This document shows, piece by piece, positions 1 to 8,284 of a stretch of DNA of 64,000 nt (within the stretch, counting starts at the first letter, position 1; every line of letters begins with the position of its first letter). Source of the DNA: an uncultured Muribaculaceae bacterium (GTDB taxonomy: Bacteria > Bacteroidota > Bacteroidia > Bacteroidales > Muribaculaceae). The stretch covers positions 14,315 through 78,314 of the forward strand of contig CAJTXU010000007.1 in the NCBI GenBank assembly GCA_910584125.1. The letters are read 5' to 3'. A program made the position numbers and the translations under genes. Below the pieces are notes generated by a model. It saw only the letters and a list, made by a program, of their open reading frames with translations. It was not told where the DNA came from and made no database searches.

Positions 1-340
1 GACGGAAGCGGTTGCCGTCGACAAGGATGTGCTCGGGGCGCGTCGCGAGGGCGTCGAGGGCGCGCTGCATTCCGGCGATCGAGGCGTTGAGGATATTGAT
101 GCGGTCGATTTCGTCGGGTTCGACCATAACGACGGCCCAGGCCGTGGCCGAGGCCTCTATCAGACCGCGCAGACGCTCGCGGGCAGCGGCCGTGAGCTGC
201 TTGGAGTCATTGAGCTCGTCGCACTCGAAACCGGGTGGCAGAATCACCGCCGCGCAACTGACCGGGCCGCAGAGACAGCCGCGACCGGCCTCGTCGCATC
301 CGGCCTCCGCCACGCCTTCGATCATCCACGGCCTCAGCAT
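1..340 (-). CDS. rnhB: Ribonuclease HII (3' end runs off the window)
   Basis: Not in the ORF track. Manual translation from ATG at 340 gives MLRPWMIEGVAEAGCDEAGRGCLCGPVSCAAVILP...LNDSKQL...EIDRINILNAS...ILVDGNRF, carrying the RNase HII DEAGRG, DSK and DG motifs. Confidence 0.93.
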   Translation of the reverse strand, partial: MLRPWMIEGVAEAGCDEAGRGCLCGPVSCAAVILPPGFECDELNDSKQLTAAARERLRGLIEASATAWAVVMVEPDEIDRINILNASIAGMQRALDALATRPEHILVDGNRFR

Positions 341-343
341 GTC

Positions 344-1318
344 TTATCGGTCGCGGGCTATTATGTATTCGAAAATCCGCGCGAAGGCGTCGCGCGACTC
401 CGACTCGGGGAACGTGCCGAGAATCTCGAGGGCCTCGCCCTGCATCTCGCGCATACGGCCATAGGCGTATTCCACGCCGTCGTGCCGCTTGGCGAACTCA
501 ATCAGCGTGTTTATGGCCTCGGAGTCGAGCGTGCCGGCCATAAGCAGGTCGCGCATAGGCCGCGCGTCATCCTCCGGGGCCGTGCGAAGCGCGTAGAGCA
601 GCGGCAGCGTCACCTTGCCCTCGCGCAGGTCGTTGCCCGTCGGCTTGCCGATGCGGGTGTCCTCATAGTAGTCGAAGATGTCGTCCTTGATCTGGAAGCA
701 GAGGCCGAGAAGCTCGGCGAAGCGTACAAGCCGGTCGAGCTCGGCCGCCGTGGCGCCTCCGAGTTCGGCTCCCATCCGCACGCAGTTCATGAAGAGCGAC
801 GCCGTCTTCTGGCGGATCATGCCGAAATAACTCGCCTCCTCGAGCTCATGGTCGCGGGCGTTGCAGATCTGGTCGATCTCGCCAAGGCTGAGCTCCTTGC
901 CCAGCGAGGATAGGGCCGAGACGACGCGTATGTCGCCGGTGCGTATGCCGGCGGCCAGGGCGTTCGAAACGAAGAAGTCGCCGACAAGAACGGCTATATG
1001 GTTGCCCATGCGGGCGTTGACGGTCGGCACGCCACGGCGCAGGGAGGTCTCGTCGACTATGTCGTCGTGAATCAGCGAAGCGTTGTGAAGCATCTCGAGA
1101 GCCGCGCCCGCATAGAGCACCTCACGCGTCACGCCGCCGAACATCCGCGCGCTGAGTATCACGAGTATCGGCCTTATCTGCTTGCCCTTGATCTCGAGAT
1201 ATCGCGTCACGATATCGTTCATCATGCGGTTGGGCGTGGCGAGGGTCTCGGCGATGATGCCGTTCATCTCGCCGAGCTCGGGGCCAAGACACTCCTGTAT
1301 TTTTTTCATCTGGTTCAT
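344..1318 (-). CDS. ispB: Polyprenyl (octaprenyl-type) diphosphate synthase
   Basis: GKQIRP, LIHDDIVD (FARM), RRG, KTA and FQIKDDIFD (SARM) motifs. Start trimmed to MNQMKK because a TAnnTTTG promoter lies at 1328-1335. Confidence 0.88.
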   Translation of the reverse strand: MNQMKKIQECLGPELGEMNGIIAETLATPNRMMNDIVTRYLEIKGKQIRPILVILSARMFGGVTREVLYAGAALEMLHNASLIHDDIVDETSLRRGVPTVNARMGNHIAVLVGDFFVSNALAAGIRTGDIRVVSALSSLGKELSLGEIDQICNARDHELEEASYFGMIRQKTASLFMNCVRMGAELGGATAAELDRLVRFAELLGLCFQIKDDIFDYYEDTRIGKPTGNDLREGKVTLPLLYALRTAPEDDARPMRDLLMAGTLDSEAINTLIEFAKRHDGVEYAYGRMREMQGEALEILGTFPESESRDAFARIFEYIIARDR

Positions 1319-1327
1319 ATCTCGCGA

Positions 1328-1335
1328 CAAAATTA
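1328..1335 (-). promoter_or_regulatory. Bacteroidetes sigma-A -7 element (TAATTTTG) for ispB-rnhB
   Basis: CAAAATTA on the + strand matches TAnnTTTG on the - strand just upstream of the start. Confidence 0.6.
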
Positions 1336-1392
1336 ACAAAAAATCCGCAATTATCAGTCGTGTCGGGCATATAAAATGACATCCGGACATCC

Positions 1393-1417
1393 AAACCTTT
1401 GCCTTTGCGCGTGCGTT
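1393..1417 (+). promoter_or_regulatory. Possible ECF-sigma promoter (AAAC-N17-CGTT)
   Basis: AAAC at 1393-1396, 17-nt spacer, CGTT at 1414-1417, about 30 nt upstream of the 1446 ATG. No TAnnTTTG serves this gene. Confidence 0.35.
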
Positions 1418-1445
1418 ATCAAATTACAAACCCAATCACAAGGCT

Positions 1446-2030
1446 ATGAAAAAGAAACTGAAGGCCGCAGTCGAGGCCGCCGATGTTCCGCAGGTCAGGA
1501 GCATTCTTGTCGACATCATAGGGCACGGTGCCGGCGATACGGCCACGATCGAGGACGTCACCGAGGCGATTGCCAACACCCCGGGCATCTTCGAACCTGA
1601 CGACGGAAAGTTCTACGCCGAGCGACCCGAAGACATGACCGAGACCTTAATCGAAACCCTCCGCGCCGACCTCGACCGCAATTTCTCGCTCGAGAAGGTG
1701 CGTCTCTACACCGAGGTCGAGTCGATCAAGGCCCGCGACCCGCGATATTTCCGCGACCGTGAGAAGCAGATGAGGGCCATGGCCGAAGAGGCTGGCGAGG
1801 CACTGGCCGCCGCTCCGGAACCGGCAGAACCGTCCGATCAGGCCGACCCCGCCGAACGCCCCGCTCCGGCCGCGCGAGTGATAGGTTACGTCATCATGGC
1901 CCTCGGAGCGGCCGCCGCGATCACGGCCCTGTGCGTGCCCGTCAAATTTCTGCTCGGTCTCGGCATCGGCATCTTCCTGCTCGGCACCGCCGTCACCTAC
2001 ATGACCCTCGTGAAGCCGACCGCCGGCTGA
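1446..2030 (+). CDS. Hypothetical membrane protein (helical N-terminus, Pro/Ala linker, two C-terminal TM helices)
   Basis: 194-aa ORF with an AT-rich leader and native codon usage. Hydrophobic segments VIGYVIMALGAAAAITALCV and FLLGLGIGIFLLGTAVTYM. Confidence 0.75.
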   Translation: MKKKLKAAVEAADVPQVRSILVDIIGHGAGDTATIEDVTEAIANTPGIFEPDDGKFYAERPEDMTETLIETLRADLDRNFSLEKVRLYTEVESIKARDPRYFRDREKQMRAMAEEAGEALAAAPEPAEPSDQADPAERPAPAARVIGYVIMALGAAAAITALCVPVKFLLGLGIGIFLLGTAVTYMTLVKPTAG

Positions 2031-2118
2031 CACCCCTCACACGCTTCAACCGCATATTCACACAATTCTTATTCCGGTCTGACCACTGACACATGACAAT
2101 AATTCACTATTACTTTGA

Positions 2119-2157
2119 AAAACCGCCCCCGTCACTCTCAGCGACGGGGGCGGTTTT
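2119..2157. terminator. Bidirectional intrinsic terminator
   Basis: AAAACCGCCCCCGTC / GACGGGGGCGGTTTT 15-bp inverted repeat between convergent genes. Confidence 0.85.
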
Positions 2158-2178
2158 CGTTTAGTTTCATGCGGCTTA

Positions 2179-3822
2179 TCAGCGGGCCGAAGCCTTGCGG
2201 CTCTTTACGACACGCGCAGATGCTTTCTTGTACATTCTCGCCTGTTCAGGAACTATTTCTATAATCTCGCCGACATAGTTGCCGGTGATGGCGTGGCCGT
2301 TATCGTCAGTCACGTCAAACTCGATCTTGCGTGTGCCGTCCCCGAGTGTGCTGACGGTGACTGTGCCCGACTCAATCGGACCGAGGAATTCCTGATATCC
2401 CTCGTCGTCGGTCGAGTCAAGGTCGCCATACCATGCCTTCATCATCGAGCCTGCGAAGTCCACAGTGCCCGGGAAGATGTGGCCATCGGCGAGCGTGCGG
2501 TCAACGGTATACGTCCCGTCGGCCAGCCCGTCGCTTGAAGTCAGCAGATCGAACATTATGAAGTCACCGGCTTTCATATTCGGATCGGTCACCATGACGG
2601 CGACGTTGTTGATGTCTTCGAGCACACTGTGTCCCTCGTTGATTGCATAGGCGACAGTGCTGGGAATCCATTCGAGGTTCACATCTTCTACAAGAGTCGA
2701 GTAGGGACGCTTGGGCTCCTTGACGTCATTGTCACAGTAGTTTTCGATAACCGGGACTCCGGTATACGAGCCTGTCACGGGAATTCCCTCTTTCGTCATA
2801 AGGTCGAACTCGAACTTCGTGCCGTTTTCGCTAACGGTGAAAGTTCCGTCGGTGATCAGCCCGAACTTGCGGCGTCCATCACGCGAGATGTACTCCAGAC
2901 GCGCGCCCGAAAGCACCTTCTGGCCGAGGATCTCAATATAATCATATGAGCCCGGAGTATAGCGGAACGGCAGATAGGAGCTTGCGGCTATGTTGCGGCT
3001 CTCCACGCTGTAGGTTCCGTCGGCCACCCGCTGGTTGGGGGCCATGCAGTCTTCCGGCTTGGGCTCGGTGAAATAGAGCGACAGAATGTAGCCGTCTTTC
3101 ATTTCGCCGTCCTCGATCTCTCCCACGGAGAACATCGTCATCAGGTCGGCCGAATATAGATAGTACCAGTTGCCCCAGAAGCGGCCCTGGCCGTTGGCGT
3201 ACTCGAGATCCACGGGCTCGGAGAAGGTCTCGTATTCGGAATAGCCTCCCTCGAATCCGACAGCGCCTTGATAGCGGAAGTTGACCGGGCCGCCGCTCGT
3301 GATGAGCTCCATGCGGATGTCATAGACACCCTCGCCGTCGACACGCACGTCGACCGTGCCGTTGAAGATCATGGCCGGCCCCACGCCTTCGTCACCCTCG
3401 GCCGAACGCACATACAACACTGATTTGTTGATGTCGAAGGTATAGTCGGAAGTGTTGTTTCCTATGCCGTAGTATCCCTCGGGCAGCTTGGGCTCAGTGA
3501 GCGATTCCGATTTCGGAGCCCGCAAGAGTAGCGCGACCTGCATGTCGCCGATGTTGGCAGGCATACCGTCGGCGCCGGGCTCTGCCGTGCCGAACTCTAC
3601 GTTGTACATTCCTGAGTTGTCCGACTCTTCGTATCTCGTAAAGAGAAGATTAGTGAGCGGGGTGTATTCAGGAGCCTCCTCGAACATGATGCCGTCGAGC
3701 TGGTCGGCGGGGAACTCGCGGGTCACTCCATCCTTGTCAGTCACCACGAGGGTCCTGACGGTCTGCGCTCCAGCCATCAAGACAGCGGCAAGCGCTAATA
3801 CGGATAAAAATATCTTTTTCAT
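2179..3822 (-). CDS. Exported protein: N-terminal KDG tag plus three repeated beta-rich domains
   Basis: Signal peptide ending AGA-Q; tag TLVVTDKDGVTREFPADQLDGIMF; three repeats with (L/V)xxGxY...G(T)(V/F)xV...YxG pattern. No lipobox and no T9SS CTD. Confidence 0.8.
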   Translation of the reverse strand: MKKIFLSVLALAAVLMAGAQTVRTLVVTDKDGVTREFPADQLDGIMFEEAPEYTPLTNLLFTRYEESDNSGMYNVEFGTAEPGADGMPANIGDMQVALLLRAPKSESLTEPKLPEGYYGIGNNTSDYTFDINKSVLYVRSAEGDEGVGPAMIFNGTVDVRVDGEGVYDIRMELITSGGPVNFRYQGAVGFEGGYSEYETFSEPVDLEYANGQGRFWGNWYYLYSADLMTMFSVGEIEDGEMKDGYILSLYFTEPKPEDCMAPNQRVADGTYSVESRNIAASSYLPFRYTPGSYDYIEILGQKVLSGARLEYISRDGRRKFGLITDGTFTVSENGTKFEFDLMTKEGIPVTGSYTGVPVIENYCDNDVKEPKRPYSTLVEDVNLEWIPSTVAYAINEGHSVLEDINNVAVMVTDPNMKAGDFIMFDLLTSSDGLADGTYTVDRTLADGHIFPGTVDFAGSMMKAWYGDLDSTDDEGYQEFLGPIESGTVTVSTLGDGTRKIEFDVTDDNGHAITGNYVGEIIEIVPEQARMYKKASARVVKSRKASAR

Positions 3823-3833
3823 GGTGGGTCTGC

Positions 3834-4313
3834 TTAACGTATGAATTTGAATGAGTTCTTGCCGGCCTTAACGAGGTATACCCCCTTGTCAAGGTGCCCG
3901 ATGGGCAGCGACAGCGTGCCTGCGGCATCGGCCGCGACGCGTGCGCGAAGCGCGCCTGCCATGTCATAGAGGGTCACTTCGCAGCCTGCGGCCGCGCCGG
4001 TCATCTTGAGTGTTTCGTTCGTGATGGTGAACGACAGGCCGGTGAAGTCGCCGCCCACTCCCTCGACACCCAAGTCGACATAGCCCATAGTGAGATTGTT
4101 GACTTCCGTGAGGGGATAGAGCACGGCCTCCTGTGTCATCACCACGGTCATCTTGAGGTTGTCGTCCTCGAGTTGCGCCACGGGCATATCATAGAACCAG
4201 AATCGCTCCTCGGAGCCGTCGGTCTTGTTGACCTGAACGTAATAATGCGTGAGCGCGTTGGCGCTGAATGCGGCGGCGACCACCGCCGCCATTGCTATTA
4301 TAATTCTTTTCAT
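3834..4313 (-). CDS. Small T9SS type A cargo protein
   Basis: Signal peptide, about 60-aa beta domain, then a CTD with LYDMAG, LDKGVYLVK and terminal SFKFIR. Confidence 0.85.
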   Translation of the reverse strand: MKRIIIAMAAVVAAAFSANALTHYYVQVNKTDGSEERFWFYDMPVAQLEDDNLKMTVVMTQEAVLYPLTEVNNLTMGYVDLGVEGVGGDFTGLSFTITNETLKMTGAAAGCEVTLYDMAGALRARVAADAAGTLSLPIGHLDKGVYLVKAGKNSFKFIR

Positions 4314-4332
4314 TGTGTCCTCTGTTTGTGTG

Positions 4333-6027
4333 TTACTCGAATACGGGAGCGCCGCTGATCGTGCCGCTATAGGTGAGCACCGCGCGGCGTCCGGACGTGA
4401 ACTTCATGTCCATCGTGATAGTGTATACTCCCTCGGCTTCCTCGACGGTCACCGTGCTGCCTTCGGCCATGCGGTTGTTCGTGGAGCTTCCGCCGGTATA
4501 GACGTCGACATAGCTGTTCCAATCGAACGTGCCGGGCTCGGTGCTACGGTCGCCGTAGGTGTATGTCCCGGCTGGAAGCAGCGTGGCCTCGGGATCGGCG
4601 AACATGTTGAGGCCTACGGTGTAGATCCAGTCGGGGTCGTTGAACTTGATGTACATGTTGCCGGCGGGACGTGCCATGGCGTCGTTGTATTCAGCCTTGG
4701 TAAGCGTGCCGCGCATCAGCGTGCCGTATTTCGTAAGCTCGCCCTCGAACCAGCCCTTGAGCGTCGAGTCGTCTTCGAACGTGATGTCGAACAGAATGGT
4801 GTAGACGCCATCGGCCTCGGTCACTGTCACCTTGCCTGACTTGAGTTCCTTGGTGTCCTCGGCAACTCCGCCTTCGGGCGTGAAACGGTATTCGCTGTAA
4901 CCCGGTTCTACATAGAATCCGGTCTCGGCGCCGATGATGTATTCGCCAGGTTCGAGGCATACGGCCGTCTCCGAGCCGTACATGTCGAGTTTGAGGCTCT
5001 GGCCGTCCGCGGTGCTGAACGTAAGCTCGACGTTGCCGCCACTGAATATATTCTCGCTGACTGCGGTGAAATGCGTTCCTTCGGGCTCGATGGTCTCGAA
5101 CGTCGGGGTGCCGGCAATCTGGCCACTGAAAGTGAAGTCGCCCGTACGGCCGTCGTTGAAATTGAGGTCCATGTCCATCGTGTAGTTGTCGCCGTCTCGT
5201 GTTACGACCACCTTGCTGCCTGCAATGAGCTTCAAGTTGGCGTTGGGACGGTAGAGATCGACGTAACTTGCGTTGGAGATGGTGCCGTCCTGATGGAAAT
5301 CGGAGAGCGTATAGGTTCCGGCCGGCAGAGTGGTGGCGGATGCGTCGGCGTTGAAGATGAGGCTCATCTCGCACTTGTAGTCCGGGTCACTGAACTTCAC
5401 ATAGAAAGTGCCCGGCAGCTGGGGATTCTCATTATAGCTGGCCTTGTCGAGCGCCAAGGTAAGCCAGGGGGTGTAGCTGGAAAGCTCGCCTACATACTTG
5501 CCGGAGACCTTGATGTTGTCCTCGGTCGTGACGACCGTCTCGATGGTGTAGACATGGTCGGGGTTGACGCCTTGCTCGCGGAAACGGGCAGCATCCGTGG
5601 CGGCGCCCAGATTGACGTACATCTCGGCGGCGGCGATAGCCTTATCTTCCCCGTTGATCTTGAGCCACGTCCACCGATTATTCGAATCGATAGTGAAGGG
5701 GGTGTTCTCGCTGGAAAGGGTGTATGTGCCTACATTTAGGAATGATGCGTCCGCTGGGCCGTAGATGTCGACCGTGAGTTCGACGGTACCATCCTCGTTC
5801 TTGAAGGCCAGATTCGCGTTGCCGCCGCTGTAGACGTTGATTTCCGGCTGGAGGAATGTTACATCCATCCTCTGGTCCTGCGGGACGTCGCGGAACTTGA
5901 GCTCGCTGAGTCGGTCGGCGTTGAATTTGTGGGTTGTGCCATCCTTCATGTACACCGTGACATTCTGGGCTGTCAGCGTGGCGGCGGACAGCCCGAGAGC
6001 GAGAAGCAGTGTGGGTAAGTGCTTCAT
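4333..6027 (-). CDS. Exported protein: N-terminal KDG tag plus four beta-rich domains (A-B-A-B)
   Basis: Signal peptide ending LTA-Q; tag NVTVYMKDGTTHKFNADRLSELKF; internal repeats SGGN, LPAGTYT, SYVD and G(T/A)P(T/V)FE each occur twice. Confidence 0.82.
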   Translation of the reverse strand: MKHLPTLLLALGLSAATLTAQNVTVYMKDGTTHKFNADRLSELKFRDVPQDQRMDVTFLQPEINVYSGGNANLAFKNEDGTVELTVDIYGPADASFLNVGTYTLSSENTPFTIDSNNRWTWLKINGEDKAIAAAEMYVNLGAATDAARFREQGVNPDHVYTIETVVTTEDNIKVSGKYVGELSSYTPWLTLALDKASYNENPQLPGTFYVKFSDPDYKCEMSLIFNADASATTLPAGTYTLSDFHQDGTISNASYVDLYRPNANLKLIAGSKVVVTRDGDNYTMDMDLNFNDGRTGDFTFSGQIAGTPTFETIEPEGTHFTAVSENIFSGGNVELTFSTADGQSLKLDMYGSETAVCLEPGEYIIGAETGFYVEPGYSEYRFTPEGGVAEDTKELKSGKVTVTEADGVYTILFDITFEDDSTLKGWFEGELTKYGTLMRGTLTKAEYNDAMARPAGNMYIKFNDPDWIYTVGLNMFADPEATLLPAGTYTYGDRSTEPGTFDWNSYVDVYTGGSSTNNRMAEGSTVTVEEAEGVYTITMDMKFTSGRRAVLTYSGTISGAPVFE

Positions 6028-6107
6028 GATAATTAAGATTTTAAGTTACCGGCGTCAAGATTAAGGCTGACGCCGGCACCAAGTTCATAAAAAAGTTATT
6101 TTCGCCA

Positions 6108-6138
6108 CAAAAATAATAAAATTTATGTAAAAGACAAA
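6108..6138 (-). promoter_or_regulatory. Sigma-A promoter for the 6027-2179 operon
   Basis: Minus-strand TTTG (6138-6135), 19-nt spacer, TATTTTTG (6115-6108). Confidence 0.7.
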
Positions 6139-6377
6139 AGAATTATCATAAATTTGCAAAATAAAATCCGCACGAAACCATGTCGTGAAGATGGGCTACG
6201 AGCGCGGCCGCCGTGCGAGATGCCATCGGCCGCCGCGTCGCCGCCACTCCCTGGCGCGGAGTCGTCTCCACCCTCCGCCGCCTCCATCGATAATAATTTA
6301 GCTTATTTTAATACTTGTATACATTTATTAACCTTGAGTTGGATTGCGGGCCGGGCGCGTTACAGACCCCGACGGGC

Positions 6378-6406
6378 TGTAAGTTTTGCCCGCAGGAAAA
6401 CTTACA
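6378..6406. promoter_or_regulatory. Inverted repeat, candidate transcription-factor site
   Basis: TGTAAGTTTT-N9-AAAACTTACA, about 60 bp upstream of the -33 element of the 6521 promoter. Confidence 0.45.
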
Positions 6407-6465
6407 CTCTGTTAAATTCTCTGATTATACGATAGATGCGACATGTCTTCCGCCCCTCTCCCTGA

Positions 6466-6497
6466 TTTGGAAATTACACCGTGACTGACTATATTTG
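6466..6497 (+). promoter_or_regulatory. Sigma-A promoter for the 6521-9774 operon
   Basis: TTTG (6466-6469), 20-nt spacer, TATATTTG (6490-6497). Confidence 0.7.
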
Positions 6498-6520
6498 CAA
6501 CATCAAAACCGAAACATGAA

Positions 6521-7030
6521 ATGCTCATGAGAATAATCGCCGTATCAATCTGCCTCGCTCTCGCGGCCCTCGCCTCACCCCGCGACGTCGTCAAGCCGCA
6601 TGACGCCTCGATCCTATGGCTCGGAGGCCCGGCCTGCGAGAAGGCGGAAACGGACACCATACCAGACAGAGAGAACGCCCCCAAGCGCGGGAAGACCACT
6701 GTGTCCCGCCGCAGCAAGGACCCGGTGAACATTCCCTCCAGCTCAGGACGCTTCAGACGCTCAGTTTTCGAGGGCAACAACAACGCCTTTGTGATAGGCA
6801 TTCAATATCGCTCGGGATGGCTCGTGATCGAAGGGGACCCGTCGGAAACGATCATGCGGTTGATCCTGACCGCTCCGGGTGAGAAACCGAGGATATACCG
6901 TTATGACGGCCGTAATACGGTGCAATTCTACATCGGCTCGAAATGCGGAGATTATAAGGTGCAGCTTCTCGGCAACGGAGTGCCCTACTACCGCACGGAA
7001 TGCACGTTCGAATTTGAATTAGTCGACTAA
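6521..7030 (+). CDS. Small exported protein, DUF3244-like (disordered basic linker then compact beta domain)
   Basis: Signal peptide, RRS motif, C-terminal ~85 aa with GDYKVQL...FEF. Family assignment is by resemblance and context only. Confidence 0.6.
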   Translation: MLMRIIAVSICLALAALASPRDVVKPHDASILWLGGPACEKAETDTIPDRENAPKRGKTTVSRRSKDPVNIPSSSGRFRRSVFEGNNNAFVIGIQYRSGWLVIEGDPSETIMRLILTAPGEKPRIYRYDGRNTVQFYIGSKCGDYKVQLLGNGVPYYRTECTFEFELVD

Positions 7031-7063
7031 AGCAACATACATCCACTCAAAATCAGAAACACT

Positions 7064-8284
7064 ATGAAACTATCATCGATACTCGCCGCCGCCCTTATGA
7101 CGGCCTCCGCAACGACATCGGGAGCCGGACTGGCACCCTTCCAATACAGTGTGGGCCAACGCCCAATGACAGCTCCGCTGCAGGAGATTTCGGTCGACTT
7201 CCACACCGAGGTCGAGACCGGCGACGTTGTCTCCGCCTGGCTCGCCGTCGACCGCGGCGATGGACAGCTCGACCTGGCGTGTCTGCCAGAATCTGTCGAT
7301 GTGAGCAATTACGTCGGCTCGAAGGCGACACAGGGCACCGTGATCTTCAACTTCACAAAACAGAACCTCCCTCTGGGCCAGACCTACGTCTTCGGCATCG
7401 ACGCCGGCTCGATCCGGGCCAAGAACGACCCGTCGCTGACCAACGACGAGCTCCGCGTCTCGTTTGAAGTCCCCGCCGATCTGGGTCCGGCGCATTTCGA
7501 CCTCACCGGACACGACCTGGAGCATGACCCGAAGATCGCCGAAGCCGAAAGAATCTGGTGCTACTGGGGCATCGAGACCGAACCTGTCGGCGAACCGGAG
7601 TTCATCCTCTACCGCGAGAGTCAGGAAATCGGCCGATATCCGGCGCACGTCGGCTGGGACTGGGACCTCGGACAAGCCTATGTTGACTTCGGCGAGGAGA
7701 TGAAATTCGACCGCGGTGTCGGCTACAGTCTCGTGCTTCCGGCCGGGAGTGTCCACGGCATGTGGCGCGACGATCTGCTCAATCCGGAGGCCCGTCTCGA
7801 CTTCACCGGCGACTACGACCCCTCGGAAGAGCCGCTGCAATACACCTGCACCGTCGAAGTGAAGGGCCCCGGGCTGCTTCATATGGTCAGATTCCACTTC
7901 ACATCCTGTCCTTGGCCGATACCAGCACAGGGAGCGAAGGCTCAGCTTTATCACTTAGACAGCGGCACGGTCGTGGCCGAGGCCGATCTGGTGCTCAACA
8001 CGTCGGTCAACCACATCGAGATCGATGCCGATTTCGGCGGCTTCCCATTGCCCGAGGGTCACTCCTCGATCGTCATCCCAGACGGGGCTCTGCTGATCAT
8101 GACCGAAGACGGCACACGACCCTGCCGCGGCATCTCATATTCGATGGATGGCGCCGGAGTCAGCGGCATAGTCGATGACGATGCTGAGAGCGGCGTGCTC
8201 TACGACCTGCGCGGCATACGCGTCGACCGCCCGCGCTCTGGCGAGATATACATCCGCGACGGCAAGAAAACCGTATGGCGATGA
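7064..8284 (+). CDS. Secreted Ig-like repeat protein with short T9SS-type CTD
   Basis: Signal peptide; repeats TYVFGIDAGSI, GYSLVLPAGSV and SSIVIPDGAL; tail SGIVDD...LYDLRGIRVDRPRSGEIYIRDGKK. Confidence 0.8.
   Translation: MKLSSILAAALMTASATTSGAGLAPFQYSVGQRPMTAPLQEISVDFHTEVETGDVVSAWLAVDRGDGQLDLACLPESVDVSNYVGSKATQGTVIFNFTKQNLPLGQTYVFGIDAGSIRAKNDPSLTNDELRVSFEVPADLGPAHFDLTGHDLEHDPKIAEAERIWCYWGIETEPVGEPEFILYRESQEIGRYPAHVGWDWDLGQAYVDFGEEMKFDRGVGYSLVLPAGSVHGMWRDDLLNPEARLDFTGDYDPSEEPLQYTCTVEVKGPGLLHMVRFHFTSCPWPIPAQGAKAQLYHLDSGTVVAEADLVLNTSVNHIEIDADFGGFPLPEGHSSIVIPDGALLIMTEDGTRPCRGISYSMDGAGVSGIVDDDAESGVLYDLRGIRVDRPRSGEIYIRDGKKTVWR

Noticed and set aside
29..913. Long antisense and alternate-frame ORFs, e.g. 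29-913 +, 8200-9600 -, 26023-27471 -, 27516-28982 -, 37987-39672 -
   Set aside because: They shadow well-identified genes. Strong C/G third-position bias removes stop codons on the opposite strand, and the translations show no motifs.
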